Shown here one piece after another: positions 40,066 through 50,209 of a DNA stretch of 64,000 bases; position 1 is the first letter of the stretch; the number at the start of each line of letters is the position of its first letter. The stretch covers positions 3,793-67,792 of the forward strand of contig CAZXLM010000002.1 of the NCBI GenBank assembly GCA_964642055.1. Reading direction: 5' to 3'. The position numbers and the translations under genes were made by a program. Source of the stretch: an uncultured Acutalibacter sp. (lineage in GTDB: Bacteria; Bacillota; Clostridia; Oscillospirales; Acutalibacteraceae). The notes below the pieces were generated by a model, which was given only the letters and a program-made list of their open reading frames with translations, did no database searches and was not told the origin of the DNA.

Positions 40066-42246
40066 ATGCCGATCAGCTTTGACGAAAAAACAAATATTTT
40101 TAAACTGGATACCAAAACCTCCACTTACGCCTTTCTGGTGTTCGAGAAGGGGTTTCTGGTCCATCTCTATTACGGCGCGAGACTTCCGGATTCCAATTTA
40201 AAGCACATGATGTACCGGGGCTGGTTCGATTCTCTCAGCCCCCGTGCGGCCGGCGTGGAGGACCCGCTTTTTTCCGCGGACATCGCGCCTATGGAATACC
40301 CCGGAAACGGCGCGGGTGATTTCCGCATTTCCGCCCTGTCGGTCCGCGGCCCGGCCGGGGACACGGTAACGGACATGCGCTATGTGTCCCACAAGATCAC
40401 AAAGGGCAAGCCGAAGCTGCCCGGTCTGCCCGCCTCCTTTGCCGGAGAAGGGCAGGCGGAAACGCTGGAGTTGGAAACGGTGGACGCCGTCACAGGCGTA
40501 AAGGCTTTCCTTCTCTATACCGTCTTTGAGGACTGCGGCGTCATGACCCGCAGCGTGCGGATCGAAAACGGCGGCCAGTCTCCTGTGGAGCTGGAACGTG
40601 TCTATTCCGCCTGTTTGGAGCTGCCCGGTATGGACATGGATATGGTCCACCTGTACGGCAAGTGGGCCAAGGAAAACACCACAGTCCGCCACCCCCTGCA
40701 GCACGGCATTCAGTCCATTCGCTCCAAGCGCGGCATGACCGGGCCCAATCACAATCCCTTTGTGGCCCTGATGAGCTCCGGCGCCACGGAGGAAATCGGC
40801 AGCGTTTATGGCATGAATTTCATCTACAGCGGCAATTTCGCCATCGATATCGAGGTCGATACCCGGGGCTGTCCCCGGGTCCTCATGGGGATCAACCCCG
40901 ACGATTTCCGCTGGCGGTTGGAGCCCGGCGAGAGCTTCACTTCCCCGGAAGCCGTACTGGTCTATTCCGAAAACGGCCTGGGCGGTATGAGCCGCACCTT
41001 CCACCGCTTTTATCTGGATCATCTAATAAGGGGCCGGTGGGCAAAAAGGAAACGCCCCCTGCTGATCAACAGCTGGGAGGCCGCCTACTTCGACTTCGAC
41101 GGCGACAAGCTGGTGGAATTTGCCAGAGAGGCCAAAAAGCTGGGCATTGAAATGCTGGTCATGGACGATGGGTGGTTCGGAAACCGCTGCGACGACCATC
41201 GGGCTCTGGGCGACTGGCAGGTCAACGAGGAAAAGCTGGGCGGCACACTGGCCAAGCTGGTGGAACGCGTCAACGCGGAGGGCGTCAAATTCGGCATCTG
41301 GTACGAACCGGAAATGATCAGCCCCGACAGCGACCTGTACCGGGCCCACCCAGACTGGGCCATTTGCGCGCCCGGCCGCGAAAAATCCATTTCACGCTAC
41401 CAGTGCGTTCTGGATATGACCCGCCAGGACGTCCGGGAGCATATTTTCCGGCAGATGTACGACGTTATTTCCAAATGCAATATCGAATATATCAAATGGG
41501 ACTGCAACCGCCACATCACTGAAGCGGCCAGCTTGGCGCTGCCGCCGGAGCGGCAGGGAGAATTTTTCCACCGCTATGTGCTGGGCGTTTACGACCTGAT
41601 GGACCGCGTCACCTCCGCTTTTCCCCATATTCTTTTGGAAAACTGCTCTTCCGGCGGGGGCCGCTTTGACGCCGGCATGCTGTACTATTCCCCGCAGATC
41701 TGGACCAGCGACAACACCGATCCCATCGAGCGGCTCACTATTCAGTTCGGCGCGTCCCTGTGTTACCCCATTTCTTCCCTGGGCGCCCATGTTTCCGCCA
41801 GCCCTCGGACGGATATCGTCACCCGGGGCCGGGTGGCCATGTGCGGCACCTTCGGCTATGAGCTGGATCCCCGAAAGCTGACGGAGGAAGAAAAGGAGAC
41901 TGTTAAAAAGCAGGTGGCCGATTACCACAAATATTACGACCTCATTCATTACGGCGATTTTTACCGGATCACCGCTCCTACGGAAGACCCCTTCCTCTGC
42001 GACTGGGAATTTGTCAGCCCGGACAAATCCGAAGCGCTGTTTACCCGCGTGATCATGCGCCGTCCTGACAACCTGTTCCAGGCCCAGCGTCTGCGGGGGC
42101 TGGACCCCGATAAAATGTATACGGACGAGGAAACCGGGGAAATCTATTCCGGGGCGCTGCTGATGCATGCCGGCATCTATCTTTCCCCTGCCCAGCGCTG
42201 GCAGGAGGACGGCTCCAGTATCGTCAAGCATTTTGTGGCCCGGTGA
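40066..42246 (+). CDS. Alpha-galactosidase, GH36
   Basis: GIEMLVMDDGWF, YIKWDCNR and ENCSSGGGRFD blocks (GH36 catalytic Asp contexts). Confidence 0.9.
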   Translation: MPISFDEKTNIFKLDTKTSTYAFLVFEKGFLVHLYYGARLPDSNLKHMMYRGWFDSLSPRAAGVEDPLFSADIAPMEYPGNGAGDFRISALSVRGPAGDTVTDMRYVSHKITKGKPKLPGLPASFAGEGQAETLELETVDAVTGVKAFLLYTVFEDCGVMTRSVRIENGGQSPVELERVYSACLELPGMDMDMVHLYGKWAKENTTVRHPLQHGIQSIRSKRGMTGPNHNPFVALMSSGATEEIGSVYGMNFIYSGNFAIDIEVDTRGCPRVLMGINPDDFRWRLEPGESFTSPEAVLVYSENGLGGMSRTFHRFYLDHLIRGRWAKRKRPLLINSWEAAYFDFDGDKLVEFAREAKKLGIEMLVMDDGWFGNRCDDHRALGDWQVNEEKLGGTLAKLVERVNAEGVKFGIWYEPEMISPDSDLYRAHPDWAICAPGREKSISRYQCVLDMTRQDVREHIFRQMYDVISKCNIEYIKWDCNRHITEAASLALPPERQGEFFHRYVLGVYDLMDRVTSAFPHILLENCSSGGGRFDAGMLYYSPQIWTSDNTDPIERLTIQFGASLCYPISSLGAHVSASPRTDIVTRGRVAMCGTFGYELDPRKLTEEEKETVKKQVADYHKYYDLIHYGDFYRITAPTEDPFLCDWEFVSPDKSEALFTRVIMRRPDNLFQAQRLRGLDPDKMYTDEETGEIYSGALLMHAGIYLSPAQRWQEDGSSIVKHFVAR

Positions 42247-42350
42247 CGGGAGAGTCTTCTCCCACGGAATTTTGGGTTGACAGCCCAATTTTTCCCTGAT
42301 ATAATAATAAAGCTGTCCGCCGCCTTAAAACAAGGCCGGACAGCCGGTCT

Positions 42351-42426
42351 GACTCATTAGCTCAGTTGGCAGAGCACTTGACTTTTAATCAAGGTGTCCG
42401 GGGTTCGAATCCCCGATGGGTCACCA
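42351..42426 (+). tRNA. tRNA-Lys (anticodon UUU), CCA encoded
   Basis: Acceptor stem GACTCAT/ATGGGTC, D-arm AGCTCAGTTGGCAGAGC, anticodon loop CTTTTAA, T-arm GGGGTTCGAATCCCC, 3' CCA. Confidence 0.9.
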
Positions 42427-42657
42427 ATGGGGAGCCGGACGAACTCACCCGTTTTGACACCGTTTACATGGTAGACGGAATCTTTGTACGGGTGTGTCCG
42501 CTTCAGGCTCCATAAGAAAAGCGGGGCTATCCTTTTGTGGATAACCTCGTTTTTTCGTCTTGTATTCATTCTAGATAAAATACATCGAAATACGATAATC
42601 TCCATCATAATACAGCAGAATTTTAGAATAGACGGTAGAATTCACTGTAAAGGAGCA

Positions 42658-42918
42658 ATGGCTATGGTACGAATTTTACTGTCTACCCTGCTTGGCGCGC
42701 GGAGGATGACACAGTCCGAACTCTCCAGAAAAACAGGAATCAGGCTGAACACGATCAATGACATGTATCACGAAATGTGCGAAAGCGTAAAGTTGGAACA
42801 TATTACGCTGATATGCGAAGCATTGAACTGTGATCTAACTGATCTCTTGATTTTGGAGCCTGGGGATCAAAAGGAGCATAAGAGCCTCCCGGCTATACCC
42901 AGAAGCAAAAAAGAATAG
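42658..42918 (+). CDS. Small XRE/Cro-type HTH protein
   Basis: AAGGAG SD before ATG 42658. LGARRMTQSELSRKTGIRLNTINDMYH is an HTH pattern. Confidence 0.7.
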   Translation: MAMVRILLSTLLGARRMTQSELSRKTGIRLNTINDMYHEMCESVKLEHITLICEALNCDLTDLLILEPGDQKEHKSLPAIPRSKKE

Positions 42919-43290
42919 CTCTGCTCTTTGCCCTGGCACACAAGCTAGGGCAATTTTTTGCCGTGCTGCTATACCTGCTCTCCATCACTTGTGGTAAAGA
43001 GGGTCTCAACATTACGGTCGAGGGCTTCTGCCAATTCTGCAATATCTTTTTCAGTGAAGTTTTTGGATTTTCTAGCGGCGACCGGCTTTTTCTCCGGTGA
43101 CACTACCGCAGAATTTTCTGTCCCCTTTCCGTGGAGGACTGAAACCTTCTGCTTTGCCGGCGCATTCCAGGGCGCGGACATATTTTTGCAAAGATCCCCG
43201 CATTTCACAGATTTTCGGCTCCCCGGCCCTCTCGAAATCGAGAAAACAGGAGCCGGAAATGTGAAAAATATAAAATCTTTATAAAAATTC

Positions 43291-43320
43291 TTGACAAATT
43301 TATAAACTAGGGCGTATCAT
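43291..43320 (+). promoter_or_regulatory. Putative sigma-A promoter of the amino-acid ABC transporter operon
   Basis: TTGACA, 18-nt spacer, TATCAT, about 105 nt upstream of the permease start. Confidence 0.45.
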
Positions 43321-43426
43321 AAGCATGCGGCTATAAAAAAGCCGGATTTTCCCATCTGTTTTGACAGTTTGATCCGGAGGGATCCATTTTCTGGCCCCTT
43401 CTATTTTGAAAGGCAGTGACAGCACA

Positions 43427-44101
43427 ATGACAGAACGCTTGTGGAGCCTTGTGGCGGACTCCTTTTGGAAGATCCTTTTACCCGGCCTCACCACTACCAT
43501 TCCGCTGACCGTGATCGCTTTCTCCATCGCAATGGTGATCGCCATCGCAATGGCAATGGTGCAGTTTGCGAATATCCAGGGGCTCAAGCAGTTTTCCCGG
43601 TTTTACATCTGGGTGTTCCGAGGCACGCCCCTGCTGGTCCAGCTTTTCGTGGTGTTTTACGGCCTGCCCAAACTCGGCCTGCTCATTGAGCCCTTCCCGG
43701 CGGCGGTGCTGGTCTTCTCCCTGAACGAGGGAGCCTACTGTGCGGAGATCGTCCGCGCGGCGCTGGAGTCCGTCCCCAAAGGGCAGCTGGAGGCCGGTTA
43801 CTGCACGGGTATGACCTACACACAGACCATGCGGCGGATCATTCTGCCCCAGGCCATGCGCACGGCCTTCCCCTCCCTTGCAAATTCCGTGATCGCTATG
43901 GTAAAGGACACCTCCCTTGCCGCCAACATCACAGTGACGGAAATGTTCATGGCCACCCAGCGCATCAACGCCAGGGTATATGAACCGCTGGTGCTTTACA
44001 TCGAGGTCGGCGTGATCTATCTGATTTTCTCCACCGTACTGACCAAGCTGCAGGCCATCGGCGAAAAGAAGCTGAGCGGCTATATGAAGCAGGAGGATTG
44101 A
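43427..44101 (+). CDS. Amino acid ABC transporter permease (His/Glu/Gln/Arg/opine family)
   Basis: Polar-amino-acid permease EAA-like loop (NEGAYCAEIVRAALESVPKGQLEAG). The start is uncertain; the track gives TTG 43406. Confidence 0.85.
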   Translation: MTERLWSLVADSFWKILLPGLTTTIPLTVIAFSIAMVIAIAMAMVQFANIQGLKQFSRFYIWVFRGTPLLVQLFVVFYGLPKLGLLIEPFPAAVLVFSLNEGAYCAEIVRAALESVPKGQLEAGYCTGMTYTQTMRRIILPQAMRTAFPSLANSVIAMVKDTSLAANITVTEMFMATQRINARVYEPLVLYIEVGVIYLIFSTVLTKLQAIGEKKLSGYMKQED

Positions 44102-44107
44102 TGGACT

Positions 44108-44863
44108 ATGGCAATGCTGGAAATAAAAGGGATCCAAAAATCCTTCGGAAAGCTGGAAGTTCTCAAGGGCGTGGACCTGAAGGTAAACAAAGGCGACGTG
44201 GTGGCGATCCTGGGACCCAGCGGCTCCGGAAAAACCACTCTGCTGCGCTGCATCAATTTTCTGGAAACGGCAACCGGCGGCACGCTGACCTTTGACGGAG
44301 AGGAATTCCGCTTCGGGCACATTTCCAAAAAGGATATCGCCCGGCTTCGGAAAAAGACCGCATTCGTCTTTCAGAGCTACAACCTGTTTCTGAACAAGAC
44401 TGCTTTGCAGAACGTGACAGAGGGCCTGATCGTGGCTCGGAAGATCCCCAAAGCCCAGGCGGAGGAAACCGGCAGGCGCTGTCTTGACAAGGTGGGGCTT
44501 TCGGACCGGTACGATTACTACCCCAGCCAGCTTTCCGGCGGGCAGCAGCAGCGGGTGGCCATTGCCCGGGCCCTTGCCGCCGACCCGGAAATCATCTATT
44601 TTGACGAGCCCACCTCCGCCCTTGATCCGGAACTTACGGGAGAAGTGCTTGCCGTCATGCGGCAGCTGGCGCTTGAGGGCATGACGATGCTGGTAGTCAC
44701 CCATGAAATGGGCTTTGCCAGGACCGTATCCAGCCAGGTCGTTTTCATGGAAGACGGCGTGGTGGTGGAGGCCGGTGCGTCCAAAGAGATTTTTGAAGCG
44801 CCCAAAGAAGAGCGCACGAAAGCGTTTTTAAAAACGGTGGGCGAATTCGCCGCCGGAGAATAA
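44108..44863 (+). CDS. Amino acid ABC transporter ATP-binding protein
   Basis: Walker [10 protein letters not shown], signature LSGGQQQR and Walker [13 protein letters not shown]. Confidence 0.9.
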   Translation: MAMLEIKGIQKSFGKLEVLKGVDLKVNKGDVVAILGPSGSGKTTLLRCINFLETATGGTLTFDGEEFRFGHISKKDIARLRKKTAFVFQSYNLFLNKTALQNVTEGLIVARKIPKAQAEETGRRCLDKVGLSDRYDYYPSQLSGGQQQRVAIARALAADPEIIYFDEPTSALDPELTGEVLAVMRQLALEGMTMLVVTHEMGFARTVSSQVVFMEDGVVVEAGASKEIFEAPKEERTKAFLKTVGEFAAGE

Positions 44864-44896
44864 ATATATATTAAAACTGACAAAGGAGACGGTTTT

Positions 44897-45733
44897 ATGA
44901 AAATGAGTAAACTTTCCGCCTTTCTGCTTGCCGCACTGCTCGTCTGCGTCACCGCGTTTTCCGGCTGCTCTGAGAGCGAAAGCAGCGCCGGAAACGCCGG
45001 AAGCGGCACGGAGACCGGCGATCTGCTGGCTCAGATCAAATCGAAGGGCGAGATCACAATCGCCATGGAAGGCACCTGGGCGCCCTGGACCTATCACGAC
45101 GAGACCGACGTTCTGGTGGGGTACGATGTGGAGATCGGCCAGTACATCGCCGACTATCTGGGCGTAAAGGCGACCTTTGTGGAAGGTGAATGGGACGGCC
45201 TGCTGGCCGGTCTGGAATCCGGCCGGTACGACGTGATGATCAACGGCATGACCGTTGATGACAGCCGCCGGGAAAAGTACCGCCTTTCCACTCCCTATGC
45301 TTACGACCATACCGCCGTGGTGGTGAAGGCGGAAAACAACGATATCCAGTCTCTGGACGATTTGAGCGGCAAAAAGACCGCCAACACCCTGAGCAGCATT
45401 TATGCCGCCATCGCCACAGAGCACGGGGCGGAGGTCACCGGCGTGGACGACCTGAACCAAACCTTTGAACTGCTGCTCAGCGGCCGCATCGACGCCACTC
45501 TTAATTCGGAGCTGACCTACGCCGACTATATGAAAGCTCACCCGGATGCCCCGCTGAAAATCGCGGTGATGACAGAGGAGGCCGATGAAACGGCTATCCC
45601 CGTGCGCAAGGGCGACGATACCGCCGCGCTGATGGAAGAGATCGACGCCGCGCTGGAAGAAATGCGGCAGAATGGGAAGCTCAGCGAGCTTTCTGAAAAG
45701 TATTTCGGCACGGATATCACCAAAGCGTCCTGA
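44897..45733 (+). CDS. Amino acid ABC transporter substrate-binding lipoprotein
   Basis: Lipobox AFSGC, and a family-3 SBP pattern (GYDVEIGQYIADYLG, WDGLLAGLESGRYDVMINGM). AAGGAG SD upstream. Confidence 0.85.
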   Translation: MKMSKLSAFLLAALLVCVTAFSGCSESESSAGNAGSGTETGDLLAQIKSKGEITIAMEGTWAPWTYHDETDVLVGYDVEIGQYIADYLGVKATFVEGEWDGLLAGLESGRYDVMINGMTVDDSRREKYRLSTPYAYDHTAVVVKAENNDIQSLDDLSGKKTANTLSSIYAAIATEHGAEVTGVDDLNQTFELLLSGRIDATLNSELTYADYMKAHPDAPLKIAVMTEEADETAIPVRKGDDTAALMEEIDAALEEMRQNGKLSELSEKYFGTDITKAS

Positions 45734-45917
45734 AAAAATGGAATCTCTTTCGGAATTCCGGTAACCGCACAAACCGGCAGGTTTCGGAAAGGAGAAGAAT
45801 TGTGAGTCGGCCGGGGCTTGAAATCCTGTTTGAAATATGATATTTTACAGGTAATCGAACCTGTCTCCGTTTTCGTGCCACGCGCCGCGGAGACGGAAAA
45901 ACCAGGGAGGTCGTTTT

Positions 45918-46808
45918 ATGCAGATCGGTATCGGTACATATTCCTTCGGTGGCATTGCCAGCTATCTGGGTCTGGGGCCCACCCTGCTGGAAAAGTTCAA
46001 AACCATTCGGGCCCTGGGTTTTGACAGCGTAGAGCTTCTGCCTGTGGACCTGGATAACGATGTGGAGGACATCAAAAAGTGGCTGGACGAAACCGGCCTG
46101 AAAGTCACTTCCGTCCACGCAGAGCCCACGGAGGAGATCGTAAAGAAAATAGCCGCCCTGGGCGGCAAGGCCGTCATTTGGGCCGGCACGCCCTTCTGCA
46201 ATAAGGAGGAAGCCGTAGAAGTGGCGCACCTGCTGGACGAAATGGCGGAGATGGCGGAGCCCTACGGCATCAAGATCGGCTATCACAACCACAGCCAGGA
46301 ATTTTATTTCGACCAGGGAAAATGCCTGCTGGAGCACCTGCTGGATAACAGCTCCAAGTGCTTCTCCCAGTTGGACTGCGGCTGGGCCATGAACGGCGGC
46401 ATGTACCCCCCCTATTTTATCCGCAAGTACAGAAACCGCATCGTTTCCATTCACGTCAAAGAAAACAGCCGTGTGGCAGGACCTGGGGAAAAGCCCGAGT
46501 CCCGGCATCAGGAAGGCGGCCCAAAGGGTTCTCCCTTTGCTAATGTGAAAGAGCTTCCCCTGGAAAAGCGCCAGGAAATTCTGGACGGCTTCAACGCCCA
46601 GCAGAACAGCCCGGAAGGTAAGCTGCGCTTCGCCGTGCAGTGCAAAATGGGCGCGCCGGAATCCAACATCGACTGGAAGGAGATCAAAAAGGCGCTGGAC
46701 GAGCAGGATTTTGAGGCGTTCTGGGTCGTGGAGCGCGAGGGCTTTTACGACGAGCACGACAAATGCATCGCGGACGACTGCGCCTGGCTGACGGAGCACA
46801 TCAAATAA
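45918..46808 (+). CDS. Sugar phosphate isomerase/epimerase family TIM-barrel protein (with an ~70-aa insertion)
   Basis: GFDSVEL, GYHNHSQEF, CGW and IHVKE blocks. GGGAGG SD upstream. Confidence 0.7.
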   Translation: MQIGIGTYSFGGIASYLGLGPTLLEKFKTIRALGFDSVELLPVDLDNDVEDIKKWLDETGLKVTSVHAEPTEEIVKKIAALGGKAVIWAGTPFCNKEEAVEVAHLLDEMAEMAEPYGIKIGYHNHSQEFYFDQGKCLLEHLLDNSSKCFSQLDCGWAMNGGMYPPYFIRKYRNRIVSIHVKENSRVAGPGEKPESRHQEGGPKGSPFANVKELPLEKRQEILDGFNAQQNSPEGKLRFAVQCKMGAPESNIDWKEIKKALDEQDFEAFWVVEREGFYDEHDKCIADDCAWLTEHIK

Positions 46809-46875
46809 AAAACGAAAAGGAAGCGCCGGGCTGCGGCGTTTCCTTTTTTGCCTGGAAACCGAGGGATCACGAAGC

Positions 46876-48111
46876 ATGGATAAACTTTTACGCAGAGATG
46901 CGGAACAGATCCTTTCCACCAGCCTGAAAGCCGTCCTGCCGGACAACGCGGTACAGCGGGCCTTGACAGAATACCGGCCCCGGGGCGGGAAAACGCTGCT
47001 GGTGGCGGTGGGAAAAGCCGCCTGGCAGATGGCAGCGGCGGCGGTAAAGGCCCTGGGACAGGTAGACGGTGGCATCGTCATCACCAAATACGGCCACACA
47101 GGCGGGGAAATCCCCGGCGTAAAATGTCTGGAAGCAGGTCACCCCGTCCCCGATGAAAACAGCTTTTCCGCTACCGCTTGTGCCCTCGAGCTGGTCCAGG
47201 GCCTTACGGAAAAAGATACCGTGCTGTTCCTGCTTTCCGGGGGCGGCAGCGCGCTGTTTGAGCAGCCCCTTACCGACGGTGAAGAGCTGCAGGAGATCAC
47301 CCGGCAGCTGCTGGCCTGCGGCGCGGACATTGTGGAAATGAATACCGTCCGGAAACGGCTCAGCAGGGTGAAGGGCGGACGCTTTGCCCAGGCCTGCGCC
47401 CCGGCTCAAGTGTTCAGCGTAGTGCTCAGCGACATTTTGGGAGACCCGCTGGATATGATCGCCAGCGGTCCTGCCTGCCCCGATGCTTCCACCTGTTCTC
47501 AGGCCCTGTCGGTGGTGAAAAAATACGGACTAAAGCTGTCCCGAGCGGCGCAGGAGCTTTTGAACCGGGAAACGCCCAAAGCTCTTCCGAACGTCACCAC
47601 CCACATCACCGGCAGCGTCCGCGAGCTGTGCGCCGCCGCTGCCACGCAATGCCGCGCTTTGGGTTATGAGCCCGTCCTTCTCACCGACCGGCTCTGCTGC
47701 GAGGCCCGAGAAGCCGGCAGCTTTCTCGCCAGCATTTTGAAGACCCATGCCGGGACCGGCCGCAGCCTGGCTTTTCTCGCCGGGGGAGAAACCGTTGTAC
47801 ACCTGACGGGAAATGGGCTGGGCGGCCGGAATCAGGAGCTTGCCCTTGCCGCCGCGCCCGGCATCGCCGGGCTGAAAAACGCCACCGTGTTCAGCTTTGG
47901 AAGCGACGGCACAGACGGTCCTACGGACGCAGCAGGCGGCTATGTGGACGGCGATACGCAGGCCGTCCTGAACGCTCAGGGCTTCGACGTGTTTTCCGTC
48001 CTGCGGAACAATGATTCCTACTCCGCCCTGCGGGCAGTAAATGGGCTGCTGTTTACAGGCCCCACCGGCACCAACGTCAACGATGTATCTATCGCTCTGC
48101 TTCGCAGATAA
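46876..48111 (+). CDS. Glycerate 2-kinase / hydroxypyruvate reductase-like protein (DUF4147 + MOFRL)
   Basis: VAVGKAAWQMA, LLSGGGSALFE, GGETVVHL and GSDGTDGPTDAAG blocks, which are typical of the MOFRL family. Confidence 0.8.
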   Translation: MDKLLRRDAEQILSTSLKAVLPDNAVQRALTEYRPRGGKTLLVAVGKAAWQMAAAAVKALGQVDGGIVITKYGHTGGEIPGVKCLEAGHPVPDENSFSATACALELVQGLTEKDTVLFLLSGGGSALFEQPLTDGEELQEITRQLLACGADIVEMNTVRKRLSRVKGGRFAQACAPAQVFSVVLSDILGDPLDMIASGPACPDASTCSQALSVVKKYGLKLSRAAQELLNRETPKALPNVTTHITGSVRELCAAAATQCRALGYEPVLLTDRLCCEAREAGSFLASILKTHAGTGRSLAFLAGGETVVHLTGNGLGGRNQELALAAAPGIAGLKNATVFSFGSDGTDGPTDAAGGYVDGDTQAVLNAQGFDVFSVLRNNDSYSALRAVNGLLFTGPTGTNVNDVSIALLRR

Positions 48112-48147
48112 GGCTGCTCCACACAAAGAAAGGAAGAGAAACGCAAA

Positions 48148-49749
48148 GTGAAGGAATATGATATCAAAGCCGCTATCGAGCGGGGGGAAACCGCGCTGGG
48201 CATGGAGCTTGGCTCCACCCGCATCAAGGCGGTGCTTGTGGGGCCGGACTGCGCTCCCATTGCCGCAGGCGCTTACGACTGGGAAAACAGGCTGGAAAAC
48301 GGCCTGTGGACCTACCGTCTGGACGACGTATGGACGGGGCTTCAGGCCGCTTTCCAATCACTATCGGAGGAAGTGCGGGAAAAATACGGGACCGTTCTCA
48401 AAAAGCCGGGAGTCATGGGCGTTTCCGCCATGATGCACGGCTATCTGCCCTTTGACAAAGCGGGAAATCAGCTCTGCGAATTCTGTACCTGGCGCAACAC
48501 CGTGACGCAGCGGGAAGCCGCCGAGCTTACGGAGCTGTTCCAATTCAATATTCCCCAGCGGTGGAGCATTGCCCACCTGTGGCGGGCCGTGAAAAACGGG
48601 GAGCCCCATGTGCAAAAGCTTGCCTTTCTCACCACGCTGGCAGGGTACGTCCACTGGCGGCTCACCGGCGAAAAAGCGCTGGGCGTGGGCGACGCCTCCG
48701 GCATGTTCCCCATCGACGGCAGAACCGTCAGCTTCAACGCCCGAATGGCCGGGCAGTTTAACCTTCTCTTACAGGAGCGGGGCATTGCGTGGAAGCTGGA
48801 AGACGTGCTGCCGCAGGTGCTTTCTGCCGGAGAGCCTGCCGGTACGCTGACGGCGGAGGGCGCAAAGCTTCTGGATCCCACCGGCACGCTGGAAGCCGGC
48901 GTTCCCCTCTGTCCTCCGGAGGGAGACGCGGGAACGGGCATGACCGCCACCAACAGCGTGTCCGTCCGCACGGGAAATGTGTCCGCCGGGACCTCTATTT
49001 TTGCTATGGCTGTGCTGGAAAAGGAGCTGTCCAAAGTCCATCCGGAGATCGACATGGTGACCACCCCCGCCGGCCTGCCGGTGGCGATGGTACACTGCAA
49101 CACCTGCACCTCCGAGCTGGACGCATGGGTCAGGCTTTTCGGACAGCTCCTGTCCGCGGCAGGCGCAAAACTGCCGAAAGCCCAACTCTATGAACTGCTC
49201 TACCGACAGGCTTTGCAGAGCACGCCGGACTGCGGCGGGCTGCTGGCCTATAACTGCTATTCCGGAGAGCCCGTGACCGGGCTCACGGACGGCAGGCCCA
49301 TGTTCGTTCGCAGGCCCGACGATCCGCTGGCCCTGCCTGACTTTATGCGGGCCCAGCTCTACGCTGCCATAGCGACCCTGCAGATCGGCATGGATATCCT
49401 CTTTGAGGAAGAACATGTAGCGCTGGAAAAGCTGTACGGCCACGGGGGACTGTTCAAGACAAAGGACGTAGGCCAAAGGCTGCTGGCTGGTGCGCTGAAT
49501 GTGCCGGTAGCCGTGATGGAGACCGCCGGAGAGGGCGGACCCTGGGGCATGGCGCTGCTGGCCATGTACCGGAAAAGCCGCCGCCCGGGAGAAGCGCTGG
49601 AAACCTGGCTGGAACAGCAGGTCTTCCGCGACTCCACAGGAAGCTGCGTGACGCCCGATCCCAAAGACGCGGAGGGCTTCCGGCAGTATATCAAGCGGTA
49701 TAAAGCCGGTCTAAAGCTGGAAAAGGCGGCAGCGGAAATTCTCCGCTGA
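48148..49749 (+). CDS. FGGY-family carbohydrate kinase (xylulokinase-like)
   Basis: LGMELGSTRIKAVLV N-terminal ATPase motif, EGDAGTGM and GHGGLFK. GTG start as in the track. Confidence 0.8.
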   Translation: MKEYDIKAAIERGETALGMELGSTRIKAVLVGPDCAPIAAGAYDWENRLENGLWTYRLDDVWTGLQAAFQSLSEEVREKYGTVLKKPGVMGVSAMMHGYLPFDKAGNQLCEFCTWRNTVTQREAAELTELFQFNIPQRWSIAHLWRAVKNGEPHVQKLAFLTTLAGYVHWRLTGEKALGVGDASGMFPIDGRTVSFNARMAGQFNLLLQERGIAWKLEDVLPQVLSAGEPAGTLTAEGAKLLDPTGTLEAGVPLCPPEGDAGTGMTATNSVSVRTGNVSAGTSIFAMAVLEKELSKVHPEIDMVTTPAGLPVAMVHCNTCTSELDAWVRLFGQLLSAAGAKLPKAQLYELLYRQALQSTPDCGGLLAYNCYSGEPVTGLTDGRPMFVRRPDDPLALPDFMRAQLYAAIATLQIGMDILFEEEHVALEKLYGHGGLFKTKDVGQRLLAGALNVPVAVMETAGEGGPWGMALLAMYRKSRRPGEALETWLEQQVFRDSTGSCVTPDPKDAEGFRQYIKRYKAGLKLEKAAAEILR

Positions 49750-49819
49750 AGCTTCACTTTCTCATTTTCCAGAGAAAAGGGACTGCTGCAAAAGCAACAG
49801 TCCCTTTTCTTTTCGCCGC

Positions 49820-50209
49820 TTATTTATTCAGGTCTTTTTTGATCTGGGTCGTGGAGATCTCCGGGGTGCGGGGCAGATACACCACCTCGCACTGCTCCTT
49901 CAGGAAATCGAATTTTCCCTCCCAGTCATCGCCCATGACAAAGGTATCCACATGGTATTCCTTTACGTCGGTGCGTTTCTGATCCCAGTTTTCCTCCGGG
50001 ATCACCAGGTCCACATAGCGAATGGCCTCCAAAAGCTGCTTGCGCTTTTCATAGTCAAAGTAACATTTCTTCCGCTTTTCATTCCAGTTGAACTCATCGG
50101 TGGAAAGCGCCACAATGAGATAATCGCCGTACTGCTTTGCCCGGCGCAGAAGGTTGATGTGCCCATAATGGAGCAGATCAAAGGTGCCGTAAGTGATAAC
50201 GCGTTTCAC
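49820..50209 (-). CDS. tagD: Glycerol-3-phosphate cytidylyltransferase
   Basis: YGTFDLLHYGHINLLRRAK (HxGH) and the RTPEISTT motif. It overlaps the upstream tagF-like gene by 4 nt. Confidence 0.9.
   Translation of the reverse strand: MKRVITYGTFDLLHYGHINLLRRAKQYGDYLIVALSTDEFNWNEKRKKCYFDYEKRKQLLEAIRYVDLVIPEENWDQKRTDVKEYHVDTFVMGDDWEGKFDFLKEQCEVVYLPRTPEISTTQIKKDLNK

Noticed and set aside
42427-43290. Integrated prophage or ICE at tRNA-Lys.
   Set aside because: There is no integrase, no structural or transfer genes, and no visible repeat of the tRNA 3' end. At most this is an eroded remnant, listed as a low-interest finding.
43478-44704. 408-aa minus-strand ORF.
   Set aside because: It is antisense to the ABC permease and ATPase genes, which carry unmistakable Walker/signature motifs.
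45717-47099. 460-aa minus-strand ORF.
   Set aside because: It is antisense to the TIM-barrel and glycerate-kinase genes and crosses their intergenic promoter and SD region. It has no motifs.
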